Shown here one piece after another: positions 46,470 to 55,198 of a stretch of 64,000 nucleotides of DNA. Each line of letters starts with the position of its first letter. Position 1 is the first letter of the stretch. Made by a program: the position numbers and the translations under genes. A model generated the notes under the pieces. That model had not been told where the DNA came from. It saw nothing but the letters and a program-made list of their open reading frames with translations, and searched no databases. Source of the stretch: an uncultured Clostridia bacterium (GTDB taxonomy: Bacteria; Bacillota; Clostridia; Christensenellales; UBA1242). Where the stretch lies: contig CAKVOD010000001.1 in assembly GCA_934778205.1 (NCBI GenBank), forward strand, positions 59,037 to 123,036. Direction: 5' to 3'.

Positions 46470-46712
46470 ATAAAAATAGTATCTGTAGCCGTGCGCTTTC
46501 GCACCGAGAATTAAAGTTTGTAGAATGTACGTTTGTACGCCGTCTACGAAAGTTAGTTATACGTAAAAATAGTATCTGTAGCCGTGCGCTTTCGCACCAG
46601 CCGCGGGGCTATCCCCGTCGAGCAACAAAATTGCATAAATACTACAAAAGTATGCCGTCCTCAAAAGTAATTTGCTTGTAGGAACAGCAATCACAGCAGT
46701 GCGCTATCGCAC
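46470..46712 (+). repeat. REP/BIME-like mosaic repeat array (family A): about 2.5 tandem units of roughly 95-118 nt
   Basis: The sequence aaaaatagtatctGTAGcc-GTGCGctttCGCAC occurs twice (46472 and 46566). Linkers ...gtacgccgtctacgaaag... and ...gtatgccgtcctcaaaagtaatttgcttgtagg. The last hairpin GTGCGctatCGCAC abuts the pyk stop codon. Confidence 0.8.
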
Positions 46713-47740
46713 TAGAGGACGGAAACGCCATAAATATGTTTTTCAGTTTCAAGAATAATTTTCGTCATTGTGACAACAACATTGACAGGGTCAATGCCCG
46801 CCGCAGTTTCGCCCGACAACATCGTTGCACTCGCCTCCTCATAAATCGCGTTTGCAACGTCATTGACTTCAGCGCGCGTAGGACGCGTCGAACTAATCAT
46901 ACTCTCAAGCATTTCAGTCGCAACTATGCAAAACTTGCGCTTGACGTTGCAAAGCGAAATGAGTTTCTTTTGAATCGGCGGAATTTTTTCAAGCGGAATT
47001 TCCACACCCAAGTCCCCGCGCGCGACCATAACGCCGTCGCACACGTCCAAAATCTCCTCAATGTTCTCAACCCCGCTTGCATTCTCAATTTTCGCAATAA
47101 GTTTGATATTTTTCCCGCCGTTTTGCGTCAAAAACTCTTTGACGTCGCGAATATTTTGCACACAACTGACAAACGACAGCGCCAAAAGTTCGGCATTATT
47201 TTTTATCGCAAACTTCAAATCAATCTCGTCGGCAGGCGAAATGTATGGCGTGCTAGGCACAACATTTGGCACGTTTAGCCCTTTATTATTCGACAAAACG
47301 CCCCCAAACTCAACTTTGCACGCAATGTCGGTATCCGTGATATGCCCGACGACTAGCACAATGCGCCCATTGTTGGCAAAAATCTTGTCGCCAACTTTGA
47401 CTTCATTGACGAGGTTTTTATATTTCAGTGAAACAATGTTTTCGTTGCCAACAACTTCGTTTGTCGTGAACGTGAACACGTCGCCCGCTTTGAGTTCAAT
47501 TTGCCCGTCCTTGAACGTGCCGATTCTCATCTCAGGCCCTTTCGTGTCAACCATAAGTTTAAGCCCGCGCTCGCGTCGCAAGTCCGCAAGTTCATCGACA
47601 ATCTTTTGTTGCGAATCAACTGTTCCGTGACTCATATTGAGGCGCGCATAATCCATACCTGCGTCCATCATTTTGCTGATTATCTCTTTTTTATTGCTCG
47701 CTGGTCCTAGCGTACATACTATTTTTGTTATTCTTTTCAT
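46712..47740 (-). CDS. pyk: Pyruvate kinase, short form (A and B domains only)
   Basis: KIVCTLGPASNKKEIISKMMDAGMDYARLNMSHG, VDTKGPEMRIG, MVARGDLGVEIP, MLSGETAAG. Ends about 10-15 residues after the last A-domain helix, at 342 aa. Confidence 0.88.
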   Translation of the reverse strand: MKRITKIVCTLGPASNKKEIISKMMDAGMDYARLNMSHGTVDSQQKIVDELADLRRERGLKLMVDTKGPEMRIGTFKDGQIELKAGDVFTFTTNEVVGNENIVSLKYKNLVNEVKVGDKIFANNGRIVLVVGHITDTDIACKVEFGGVLSNNKGLNVPNVVPSTPYISPADEIDLKFAIKNNAELLALSFVSCVQNIRDVKEFLTQNGGKNIKLIAKIENASGVENIEEILDVCDGVMVARGDLGVEIPLEKIPPIQKKLISLCNVKRKFCIVATEMLESMISSTRPTRAEVNDVANAIYEEASATMLSGETAAGIDPVNVVVTMTKIILETEKHIYGVSVL

Positions 47741-47749
47741 ATTTCCTCC

Positions 47750-47980
47750 GCGGGGGTAGCCCCGCCACTACAGATATTGTCCCTACAAGCAAATTACTTT
47801 GAGCGGACGGCGTACAGACGTACTTTCTACAAACTTTAGTTCTCGGGGCGATAGCGCACTGCTACAGGTACAGTCGGTGCAAGCAAGCGACCGAAACGGA
47901 CGGCGAACTTGCGGGCATTCTATCGATGCAAGCACTCGGTGCGATAGCGCACGGCTGTGATTACAGCCGCTACGACTACA
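47750..47980 (-). repeat. REP/BIME-like mosaic repeat array (family A, inverted relative to 46470-46712)
   Basis: cgggggtagccccgccaCTACagatattgtccctacaagcaaattactttgagcggacggcgtac...; gggcgatagcgcactgCTACag; ggtgcgatagcgcac; ggctgtgattacagcc. Confidence 0.8.
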
Positions 47981-48095
47981 AATATAATTGAACGCTATTT
48001 TATGTTTTTGATAGATAGTTAATTTTCTATGCGTCTTTGCTCATATAGCCCCGCTCTCAAAAATTGCAAAAGTGTGCTTTCGCTCTTGCGCGAGG

Positions 48096-49061
48096 TCACG
48101 TCAATTCGACAAACTCTTCTTTGATGTCGCGCAAAAATAGGTTGCGAAATTCCTCTTTGAAATCCGCATTTTCATAAATTATATTGTACAGTGCGTTCGT
48201 TATCGGCATAGAAATGTTATGCTCACGCGCAAGTTTCATTATCCCTTTGACATTTCCCACACCCTCTGCGGACTTGCCATAATGTTCGCCTTTTACAAAT
48301 AGTTCGCCCCACATACGATTGTGCGAATATGGCGAAAATAATGTTGCTTCAAAGTCGCCAAGGTGGCTGAGTCCGTACGCGGTCATAACACGTCCGCCCA
48401 TTGCTTGAATGAGTTTGGCAATTTCGTACGTTCCGCGCGACATAAGCGCGCCCTTAAGACACCCCATATCAATGCCGTCGAGCATTCCCGCCGCAATGCC
48501 CAAAACGTTCTTGCCCGCAGAGCCTATTTCTCCGCCAATAATGTCGTTCCCGACATAAAAACGTATGAGAGGCGACGAAAATTCACTGACAAGAAATTTT
48601 GCAAGTTCAATATCGTATGAATGAATTATCATACAGTTTGGCGTGCCTTGCAAAAAGTTCTGCACATGCCCAGGTCCAACCCACAACGCAATGTTGTTGG
48701 GGTCAACGCCGTGTTCAATCATAATTTGGCTGATGCGCTTGCCCGTTTCACTCTCAATCCCTTTCATACAAAGCACAAACTTGTGCGAATTTAGGTCAAA
48801 ACCCTTCAACTGTTCCATAAGGTTGCCCATTTCTTGCGTGAGAATTGAAATAACTACAATTTCATTTTTCATTGCAACAGATAAATCAGTTTCAACTTTG
48901 ATGTTATCCTTGAGTGTCAAATATTCATTTTTGCGAGTTTCCTTCAACTCTTTGATGTGGCGCGAATCGGCGCGCCCCCACAAAGTTATGTTGTGCAAAT
49001 CGCTCAAGTAATATGCCAAAAATGTACCCCAACGTCCGCACCCCAAAACCGATATATCCAT
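48096..49061 (-). CDS. gpsA: NAD(P)H-dependent glycerol-3-phosphate dehydrogenase
   Basis: Start at MDISVLGCGRWGTFLAYYL (AAAGGTGGA RBS). ...GIAAGMLDG..G.N...ALMSRG..E... pattern. Confidence 0.85.
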   Translation of the reverse strand: MDISVLGCGRWGTFLAYYLSDLHNITLWGRADSRHIKELKETRKNEYLTLKDNIKVETDLSVAMKNEIVVISILTQEMGNLMEQLKGFDLNSHKFVLCMKGIESETGKRISQIMIEHGVDPNNIALWVGPGHVQNFLQGTPNCMIIHSYDIELAKFLVSEFSSPLIRFYVGNDIIGGEIGSAGKNVLGIAAGMLDGIDMGCLKGALMSRGTYEIAKLIQAMGGRVMTAYGLSHLGDFEATLFSPYSHNRMWGELFVKGEHYGKSAEGVGNVKGIMKLAREHNISMPITNALYNIIYENADFKEEFRNLFLRDIKEEFVELT

Positions 49062-49210
49062 AAGTTCCACCTTTCCGCAAGCACCGCACACCCCCATATC
49101 CCCCGCGCGCCTCGCTCGCGATTATATTATAATGTTCATTATATACTATTTTTACCCTGAAAGTCAAGCAACGCGCGACACAGCAACAAAAAGAAAACCC
49201 CTTATAAAAA

Positions 49211-49375
49211 GTGGCAAGCCACTCGCCAAACCTGTAGCAGCGGGGCTTTCCCCGCCTGTACCCGTGGCGTTTGCCACCCAACGGGAATATACATCTCTAG
49301 AACGCACTATAAAACGCCGCCCGCGCAAGTACCTTAAGCGTAGGAAAAGTATCTGTAGCCGCGGGCTTTCCCGCA
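49211..49375 (+). repeat. REP/BIME-like mosaic intergenic repeat (family A)
   Basis: gccactcgccaaacctGTAGca-GCGGGGctttCCCCGC-ctgtaccc-GTGGCgtttGCCAC ... aacgccgcccgcgcaagtaccttaagcgtaggaaaagtatctGTAGcc-GCGGGctttCCCGC. Confidence 0.8.
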
Positions 49376-49390
49376 GAATATAATAATGAT

Positions 49391-50452
49391 ATGGAAATAA
49401 GTGTATGTATGATAGTCAAGGACGAAGAACTCGTCCTTGAGCGCGCGCTACACTGCGCCCAAAAGTTTGCGGACGAACTCATCGTCGTCGACACTGGCAG
49501 TCGCGACAAAACAAAGCAGATTGCAGAGCGCGCAGGCGCAAAGGTTTTCGACTTTGAATGGTGCGACGACTTTTCACGCGCGCGAAATTTTGCCTTCAGT
49601 AAAGCCACAAAAGAATTTATGATGTGGCTAGACGCGGACGATTATATAACAAACGAAAACGTCGAAAAAATAAAACAACTAAAATCACAACACGATTGCG
49701 CGGACGTTTACTTTATGAAATATGCAACCGCATTCGACGCGCGCAACAAGCCGACATTTTGTTTTATGCGCGAACGCATTGTGAGAAATAGCCCCGTGTT
49801 CTACTTTCAAGACCCAATTCACGAAGCAATCACGCCGAGCGGAAAAATTGTTTACACTGATATTGTTATAGAACACCGAAAAATCAAGACAAGCGACCCA
49901 CAACGCAACCTAAAAATATTTGAAAAACTCATCGCGCAACACTACGATTTTTCGCCACGTATGCAGTTTTACTACGCAAACGAACTATATTATAATGATA
50001 AATTAGAAGAAGCCATCACCGCATATGATGACTTTCTATCGCAAAGCGACGGCTTTGTGGAAAACAAAATTCAAGCGTGCCTCAACCGTGGCAAGTGTTA
50101 CCACCAACTAGGCAAACAATTGCGCGCACTTGAATCGCTCTTTGCATCATTTGCGTACGGCGCGCCACACAGTGAAGTTTTGTGCGAACTCTCCCTCTAC
50201 CTCATTGAAAATGCCCGCTACTGCGAAGCGCTCTATTGGCTGAAACTCGCCGTCCAAACGCCCGACCTAAACAGCGGTGGCTTCGTGTTGCCCGATTGCT
50301 ATGACTTTATCCCTTACTACAACGCATCAATTTGCTACCACAAACTAGGCGACAATCACAGCGCCGTCCGTTATGCAAACAAAGCTTGCAAAATTAAGCC
50401 CACTTCCTCGGACGCCCGCCGAAACTTGAACTTTTTTAAGTCCTTGTTGTGA
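49391..50452 (+). CDS. Family 2 glycosyltransferase with C-terminal TPR-like region
   Basis: ISVCMIVKDEELVLERAL, LIVVDTGSRDKT, FSRARNFAF, WLDADD. Confidence 0.85.
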   Translation: MEISVCMIVKDEELVLERALHCAQKFADELIVVDTGSRDKTKQIAERAGAKVFDFEWCDDFSRARNFAFSKATKEFMMWLDADDYITNENVEKIKQLKSQHDCADVYFMKYATAFDARNKPTFCFMRERIVRNSPVFYFQDPIHEAITPSGKIVYTDIVIEHRKIKTSDPQRNLKIFEKLIAQHYDFSPRMQFYYANELYYNDKLEEAITAYDDFLSQSDGFVENKIQACLNRGKCYHQLGKQLRALESLFASFAYGAPHSEVLCELSLYLIENARYCEALYWLKLAVQTPDLNSGGFVLPDCYDFIPYYNASICYHKLGDNHSAVRYANKACKIKPTSSDARRNLNFFKSLL

Positions 50453-50581
50453 TAAAAAAATTTAACAACCACTGAAATATTAAACATTTATAGACCACAA
50501 AACAAAACTATACAACAAGTGTGGCATCTGCCACGAATAAGCGAGCGGAGAATTGCACATAATAGCGCAAAGGATTTGCAA

Positions 50582-51949
50582 ATGAAAAAAACAATAACAA
50601 TGCTCGCTTGCGTGTTTATGACAGCAAGCGCATTGACAGCGAACGCTTATGACAACCTCAAAATGAGTTATCCACAACTTGCACCAAATTGTGGACAAGT
50701 CAAAAGTTCTATAACTGCGCGCCCGTATGGTGTGCAAACAAGCACCATTGCGACTCAAAAATATGAAATCATACTCAACTATAAAGGTCAAACTTTTCCG
50801 CTAAAGTTTCCCGAATTCAAACAATCGCAAAACTATCAAATCGCGACACAAAGCACCAAATGGGGACGCGACGGCAACCACGACGAGGCAGTGTTTGCGC
50901 TCAGTAGTCTTATCTCAATGGGCGTTGCACCAAGCATCGCGTTTGAGTTCTTGTTTCCAACAATCAATAGTCAAATCGACACAATTTTGGCAAAAGTAAA
51001 TGTTTTACCAAAAGATTCAAAGATACAATTTACACCCAATTTTTCGCAAAAATTTTGGGTTAGCCACGAAAAAATCGGCTATGTGATTGACAAGGAAAAT
51101 CTTTTTCGCCAGATTTTTGCCAAATTCAAATCTAGTCCACAAGTCGCAATTACTATGCACGCAGATGCAGTCGAACCGCAGATTACGCGCGAAAAAAACT
51201 TGCAATGCACCAAACTTTTGTCGCGATTCTCGACAAGCATTGCAAGTTCAACAACTGAACGCCAAAGCAATGTGCGCCTTGCACTCAAACAGTTTAATGG
51301 AATGGTCATCGCACCCCACGCTGAAGTGTCTTTCAACGCCACAACAGGCAGGCGCACTGAAGATAAAGGCTATAAAAGCGCGCACATCATTTCAAACGGG
51401 TTGTTTGTCGACGGCGTCGGAGGTGGCGTTTGCCAAGCAAGCACAACCCTTTATAACGCACTTTTACTGGCGGACAATGTCGAAATTTTGGAGGCAAATC
51501 GACATTCAATGCCCGTCAGTTACGTGACACTTGGCTTCGATGCAATGGTTGCATTTGGTTCAAGTGACCTAAAGTTCAAGAATACCGCTGACACCCCGAT
51601 TTTCATCCGCACATACTACGACAACGGGCGCGTTTATGCCGAGATATACGGCAAACCTGAGCGCGAAAACACTCACAAAGTTCGGCGCAGTGAAACAATT
51701 TCCGTCATAAAAAACAAGGGCGATATTGTAAAACGCGACGACGGCGAGTTTACGCATTTGCTTGACGAAAACGGCTACTACCGCCAAAAACGCGCACAAG
51801 ACGGCTACGAAGTGCAAACCTATCTTGATACCTATATTGACACAAAACTCATTGAGTCACGCCCCGTCCGTCACACAACCTACCCACCACAACAAGGCAT
51901 TCTTATCCGCGGAACGCCCCCGCAATCTCCCTTCAATCAACCCGATTAA
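50582..51949 (+). CDS. vanW: VanW family protein
   Basis: Start at MKKTITMLACVFM (AAAGGA RBS). GYKSAHIISNG..VDGVGGGVCQASTTLYNALLLA..EILEANRHSMPVSYV..GFDAMVAFG..DLKFKN. Confidence 0.85.
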   Translation: MKKTITMLACVFMTASALTANAYDNLKMSYPQLAPNCGQVKSSITARPYGVQTSTIATQKYEIILNYKGQTFPLKFPEFKQSQNYQIATQSTKWGRDGNHDEAVFALSSLISMGVAPSIAFEFLFPTINSQIDTILAKVNVLPKDSKIQFTPNFSQKFWVSHEKIGYVIDKENLFRQIFAKFKSSPQVAITMHADAVEPQITREKNLQCTKLLSRFSTSIASSTTERQSNVRLALKQFNGMVIAPHAEVSFNATTGRRTEDKGYKSAHIISNGLFVDGVGGGVCQASTTLYNALLLADNVEILEANRHSMPVSYVTLGFDAMVAFGSSDLKFKNTADTPIFIRTYYDNGRVYAEIYGKPERENTHKVRRSETISVIKNKGDIVKRDDGEFTHLLDENGYYRQKRAQDGYEVQTYLDTYIDTKLIESRPVRHTTYPPQQGILIRGTPPQSPFNQPD

Positions 51950-52362
51950 AACACTACTCACTCACATAATTACAATAAAAACTAGACAACCAAACTAGTT
52001 CGGTTGTCTAGATACTGATACAAGCAATAATGACTAAAAATTTTTATTTATTCAACCCCAATATTTGATAAAGTGCCTGTAATAATCAACTTTTTTGAAA
52101 GTAAAATCCAATAAAACAACTCCAAATGAAAGTCACAAAAGCGAAACAAGCCACTTTTGATAAGCAACTTGTTTGGGTTGTAAAATCTATAGGTTGTATA
52201 ATAAATAGGTTGTATAATAAATATTAGGTTAGGTAAAAAAATAAAAGTCGAGCAATCTAAAGTCTACTTTAGATTCCTCGAACTGTCTTGCAAAAAAAAT
52301 GTGACTTAGTGAAAATCAATGTTCGTCACATTCATTTTTGTTGTGCGTATCCGTGCAATTTA

Positions 52363-52407
52363 TGGTGCGTCCTAAGAGATTCGAACTCCTGACCTTTGGT
52401 TCCGTAG
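52363..52407 (-). repeat. att direct repeat: displaced 3' portion of tRNA-Arg(ACG)
   Basis: tggtgcgtcctaagagattcgaactcctgacctttggttccgtag is identical over 45 nt to 62754-62798. Sequences diverge immediately on both sides. Confidence 0.95.
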
Positions 52408-52482
52408 TTCTTCTCTCGACGCACTTTTTGTCTCGAATATACTATTGTATATTCGTTTTTTTTTAAATGTGTTGTCTCATTT

Positions 52483-53472
52483 TTATTTTAGGTCAAAATT
52501 AATATTATTAAATTGTTCAATTGCTTTTTGGTTTTGCCCTTTGTCGTACTTGATATAATACTTTTGCGTCGTTTGCACGTCCGAATGCCCCATCCATTGT
52601 TGGATGACTAAGTCGTCTATTTCCATTTTATGCGCAAGCGTTGCAAATGTTGTGCGAAAGTCTTTGACTGAAAAAGTTATTCCTGTTCTTTGTTTTATGT
52701 CCACTATTTCACGTTTAAGCGTTGAGTCTGATACATTGAATACAAACTCAGTTTCTTTGCTTTGCCCCTCTAACAATGCTTTGACTTTGCTAAATAATGG
52801 CATATACCTGTCGGAACTAATGCGTTTTGTTCCCGGTATATGTATTGTATTTGTCTCGAAGTCAATATCATTCCATTTGATTGACAGCGCTTCAGTTTTT
52901 CTGCAACCTGTGTATAAGTAAAACAAAAACAAATTTCTAACTTTTTTTCTAGCACAATTATTTAATATTAATCTAATTGTATTGTCATTTAGCGCTTTTC
53001 CCTCTTTAGGTCTATGCACGACGGGTTCTACCATATCTGCAATATTTTTGTCAATTAATTCAAGCCGATATGCCTTTCTCAGACAATCACCCAAAATTAC
53101 ATACGCTGTTCGACGTTGTTTGCTCGAATTAATTTTACTTAGCGTTTTGTCTATGTCATATACTCGCAATTCCTTTAACGGGATGTTTTCAAAATTCGAC
53201 TTTATGTGTACTTTGATTACACTTTTCATTGTTCTAATGCTACTTTGCTTTAGTTTTGGTAGCTTATAAGTGTTGTACCACTCATCAAGCCATTCAAATA
53301 AAGTTATGTCGTTTTTCATAAATTGCTCCTTACTTGTGCAATTTATGTCGTTACAAATTTCCCCTTTGTAATCTTTAATGTTGTAAACAATTGCATCATC
53401 TTTTACTAACCTCAGGGCTCTTGACTCCTCTAGCCCCTCGATATAAGCGTCCAAATATACAATTTGTTCCAT
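52483..53472 (-). CDS. int: Tyrosine-type site-specific recombinase / phage integrase
   Basis: 329 aa. ...YTGCRKTEALSIKWNDID..., ...DFRTTFATLA..., ...WMGHSDVQTTQKYY (catalytic Tyr box). Confidence 0.88.
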   Translation of the reverse strand: MEQIVYLDAYIEGLEESRALRLVKDDAIVYNIKDYKGEICNDINCTSKEQFMKNDITLFEWLDEWYNTYKLPKLKQSSIRTMKSVIKVHIKSNFENIPLKELRVYDIDKTLSKINSSKQRRTAYVILGDCLRKAYRLELIDKNIADMVEPVVHRPKEGKALNDNTIRLILNNCARKKVRNLFLFYLYTGCRKTEALSIKWNDIDFETNTIHIPGTKRISSDRYMPLFSKVKALLEGQSKETEFVFNVSDSTLKREIVDIKQRTGITFSVKDFRTTFATLAHKMEIDDLVIQQWMGHSDVQTTQKYYIKYDKGQNQKAIEQFNNINFDLK

Positions 53473-53561
53473 TATGTTTTTAATGTTTTTTTAAGTTTTC
53501 AAATTTTTCCGTATCAATTACCATACCTTTCTCCTCTTTTTACCCCTTGCGGGGCTTAGTA

Positions 53562-53921
53562 TTAGTAATTGAATTTGTTTTTACTTTCGGTATTTTGAAT
53601 AGACTTTGTAAGTCGATTGTCAATAAGTCCTTGCATATAGCCTTTTACTTTAATTTTTTCAATGTCGCTTAGACTATTGAACATTTTTAACATTTCATTT
53701 TCTTCTGTTGTTGGTTCATTTTTTTCATTTACTTCATCTATTAAATACTCGATTTTCACATTAAATAAATTTGCAATTTTTTTGAGCATTTCTAAATTTG
53801 GTTCCGTAGTTCCAACTTCATATGATGAATATGTGGTTTGTGCAATGTTTAAGTAATCCGCTACTTGCTTTTGACTTTTGTTTCGTTCTTTTCTCAAACT
53901 TTTCAATTTTTCTTGTAGCAT
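53562..53921 (-). CDS. XRE/CI-type HTH repressor (element B)
   Basis: MLQEKLKSLRKERNKSQKQVADYLNIAQTTYSSYEVGTTEPNLEMLKKIANLFNV. Divergent from the structural operon. Confidence 0.85.
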   Translation of the reverse strand: MLQEKLKSLRKERNKSQKQVADYLNIAQTTYSSYEVGTTEPNLEMLKKIANLFNVKIEYLIDEVNEKNEPTTEENEMLKMFNSLSDIEKIKVKGYMQGLIDNRLTKSIQNTESKNKFNY

Positions 53922-53936
53922 AAATAAATTTTACCA
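53919..53936 (-). promoter_or_regulatory. Extended -10 promoter placed for a leaderless repressor mRNA
   Basis: On the minus strand: TGgTAAAAT (53936-53928), then 6 nt (ttattt), then the ATG at 53921. No Shine-Dalgarno. Confidence 0.45.
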
Positions 53937-53940
53937 TATA

Positions 53941-54070
53941 TTTTGTTAAAAGATAGATAAAAAATTAAAAAAATTAACAAAAAGAGTGTTAAAATAGTTG
54001 CTTTTTAACGTTTTTTTTGTTAAAATAGCGTTGTAACGAAAAATATGTTAGCATTTAACGATATTTTCGC
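53941..54070. promoter_or_regulatory. Operator-like repeats in the divergent control region of element B
   Basis: TGTTAAAATAG occurs exactly twice (53987-53997, 54018-54028; 31 bp apart), plus TGTTAAAAG at 53944. Inverted repeat gttaaaa/ttttaac, and near-perfect inverted repeat cgaaaaatat (54037-54046) / atattttcg (54061-54069). Confidence 0.5.
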
Positions 54071-54088
54071 TAAAAAGGAGACACAAAA

Positions 54089-54463
54089 ATGATGACACAA
54101 AAAGAAAATCAAAAATTCGCAGATGATTTTGCATTTGACTTTAGTAACAATTTTGATGAACTAAAAAAACGTTTAGATGATTGCGCTGTAGCTCTGATAT
54201 TCAACACCTTTGAAGAATATGAGGTATTCCGCGACGAATGCAACCGATTGAAAGAACTCGAGCAATCGCAAATAAAGCAAATTAAAGAGCTTAAACAATC
54301 GCAAAAACAACTTGCGTATGACGAATTATGGCATATATTGTTTAATTTTGATATGTATGCAGATGAAACAAATAATACTATGGTAAGCGTTGATTCCGAC
54401 GGTATGTGCATACAAGATTACATTCTTGCTAGACTTAGAGATTTTTGGGGGTACCGACAATGA
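54089..54463 (+). CDS. First ORF of the element B operon, hypothetical (acidic, coiled-coil-like)
   Basis: 124 aa with AAGGAG RBS. Shares the MTQKEN N-terminus with 5328-5624. Confidence 0.6.
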   Translation: MMTQKENQKFADDFAFDFSNNFDELKKRLDDCAVALIFNTFEEYEVFRDECNRLKELEQSQIKQIKELKQSQKQLAYDELWHILFNFDMYADETNNTMVSVDSDGMCIQDYILARLRDFWGYRQ

Positions 54464-55194
54464 ATGACTTATATTGTAAAGACTTTGAGTTCTTAAACAA
54501 AGAGAATCAAAAAGCATATGACAATCTCAAACAAACTATACTTAAGCGCAGTCGGCTTGACTTGGAGTTTCTACAAAGGTTTATACAATTTTCGTCAAAG
54601 GCCTTTTGTTCTATTCAATTTATTTGCGTGCGCAGTTCTGGCGTATATGCAAAGGATGATACACGCATTGGTGCGATTAATTTTTGTGCCGATTATTTAG
54701 GACTTAGCGAAAGTACAGTTAAAAAACTATATCTAACATATGAACGCTTTATCATTGACAAGTTCGACGTCGAACTTTCAAACGAAAAAACGTTTTCTTG
54801 GCTTGTTCCTGAGTTCAACGATATGTCATTGACAAAGATATTTGAGTTGCTTTCGATTTCGTATAATCAGTTAAACAAAGATTTTGAGAAAGGCACTATT
54901 TCGCCAAATATGACAGTTAAACAGTTGCGCGATTATGTCAAAGCATTCAAGGACGGAAACGCCCTTGCCGAAAAAGTGCTTGAAGAACACGCCGACAAGG
55001 ACGAAGAACCGGAAGAACAACCGACCGACTATTCGCAGTGTCGCAAAACATATGACAAGATTATTTCGTATATTGACTTTTTTAAGTCAACGGAAGAAAC
55101 TGACCCCGTACAACTAAAAAAATTGTTTGTAACTGACTTGCATAGCATCAAAAATGCGCTTATCAAAGAATTTGGGCTTGAAATAGACAAATAA
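54460..55194 (+). CDS. Conserved element protein (244 aa), function unknown
   Basis: ATGA overlap with the upstream stop. Homolog of 4604-5335 (see that entry). Confidence 0.7.
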   Translation: MNDLYCKDFEFLNKENQKAYDNLKQTILKRSRLDLEFLQRFIQFSSKAFCSIQFICVRSSGVYAKDDTRIGAINFCADYLGLSESTVKKLYLTYERFIIDKFDVELSNEKTFSWLVPEFNDMSLTKIFELLSISYNQLNKDFEKGTISPNMTVKQLRDYVKAFKDGNALAEKVLEEHADKDEEPEEQPTDYSQCRKTYDKIISYIDFFKSTEETDPVQLKKLFVTDLHSIKNALIKEFGLEIDK

Positions 55195-55198
55195 GCCC

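Noticed and set aside
46304-46681. ORFs spanning intergenic repeat arrays (46304-46681; also 49132-49383, 49297-49608 and 14472-14669)
   Set aside because: They are made of repeat-element sequence, lack an RBS, and similar pseudo-ORFs appear wherever the repeats occur.
46470-46712. Tandem roughly 100-nt units with hairpins considered as a possible CRISPR array
   Set aside because: The unit length is wrong. The segments between hairpins are themselves conserved between loci rather than being unique spacers. Copies occur in both orientations all over the window, and no cas genes are present.
52190-52234. 16-bp tandem duplication taggttgtataataaa x2 (plus related tattaggttaggt) just outside attL, considered as integrase arm-type sites
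   Set aside because: It lies on the chromosomal side of the 45-bp repeat, where arm sites are not expected, and I saw no matching copies inside the element.
53473-53561. 14-codon ORF with a strong RBS (MVIDTEKFENLKKH) between repressor and integrase, considered as an excisionase or as the true integrase N-terminus
   Set aside because: It is too short for an Xis-type protein and in a different frame from int, so it is not a simple extension. It may only provide ribosome loading for int, and cannot be supported as a gene.
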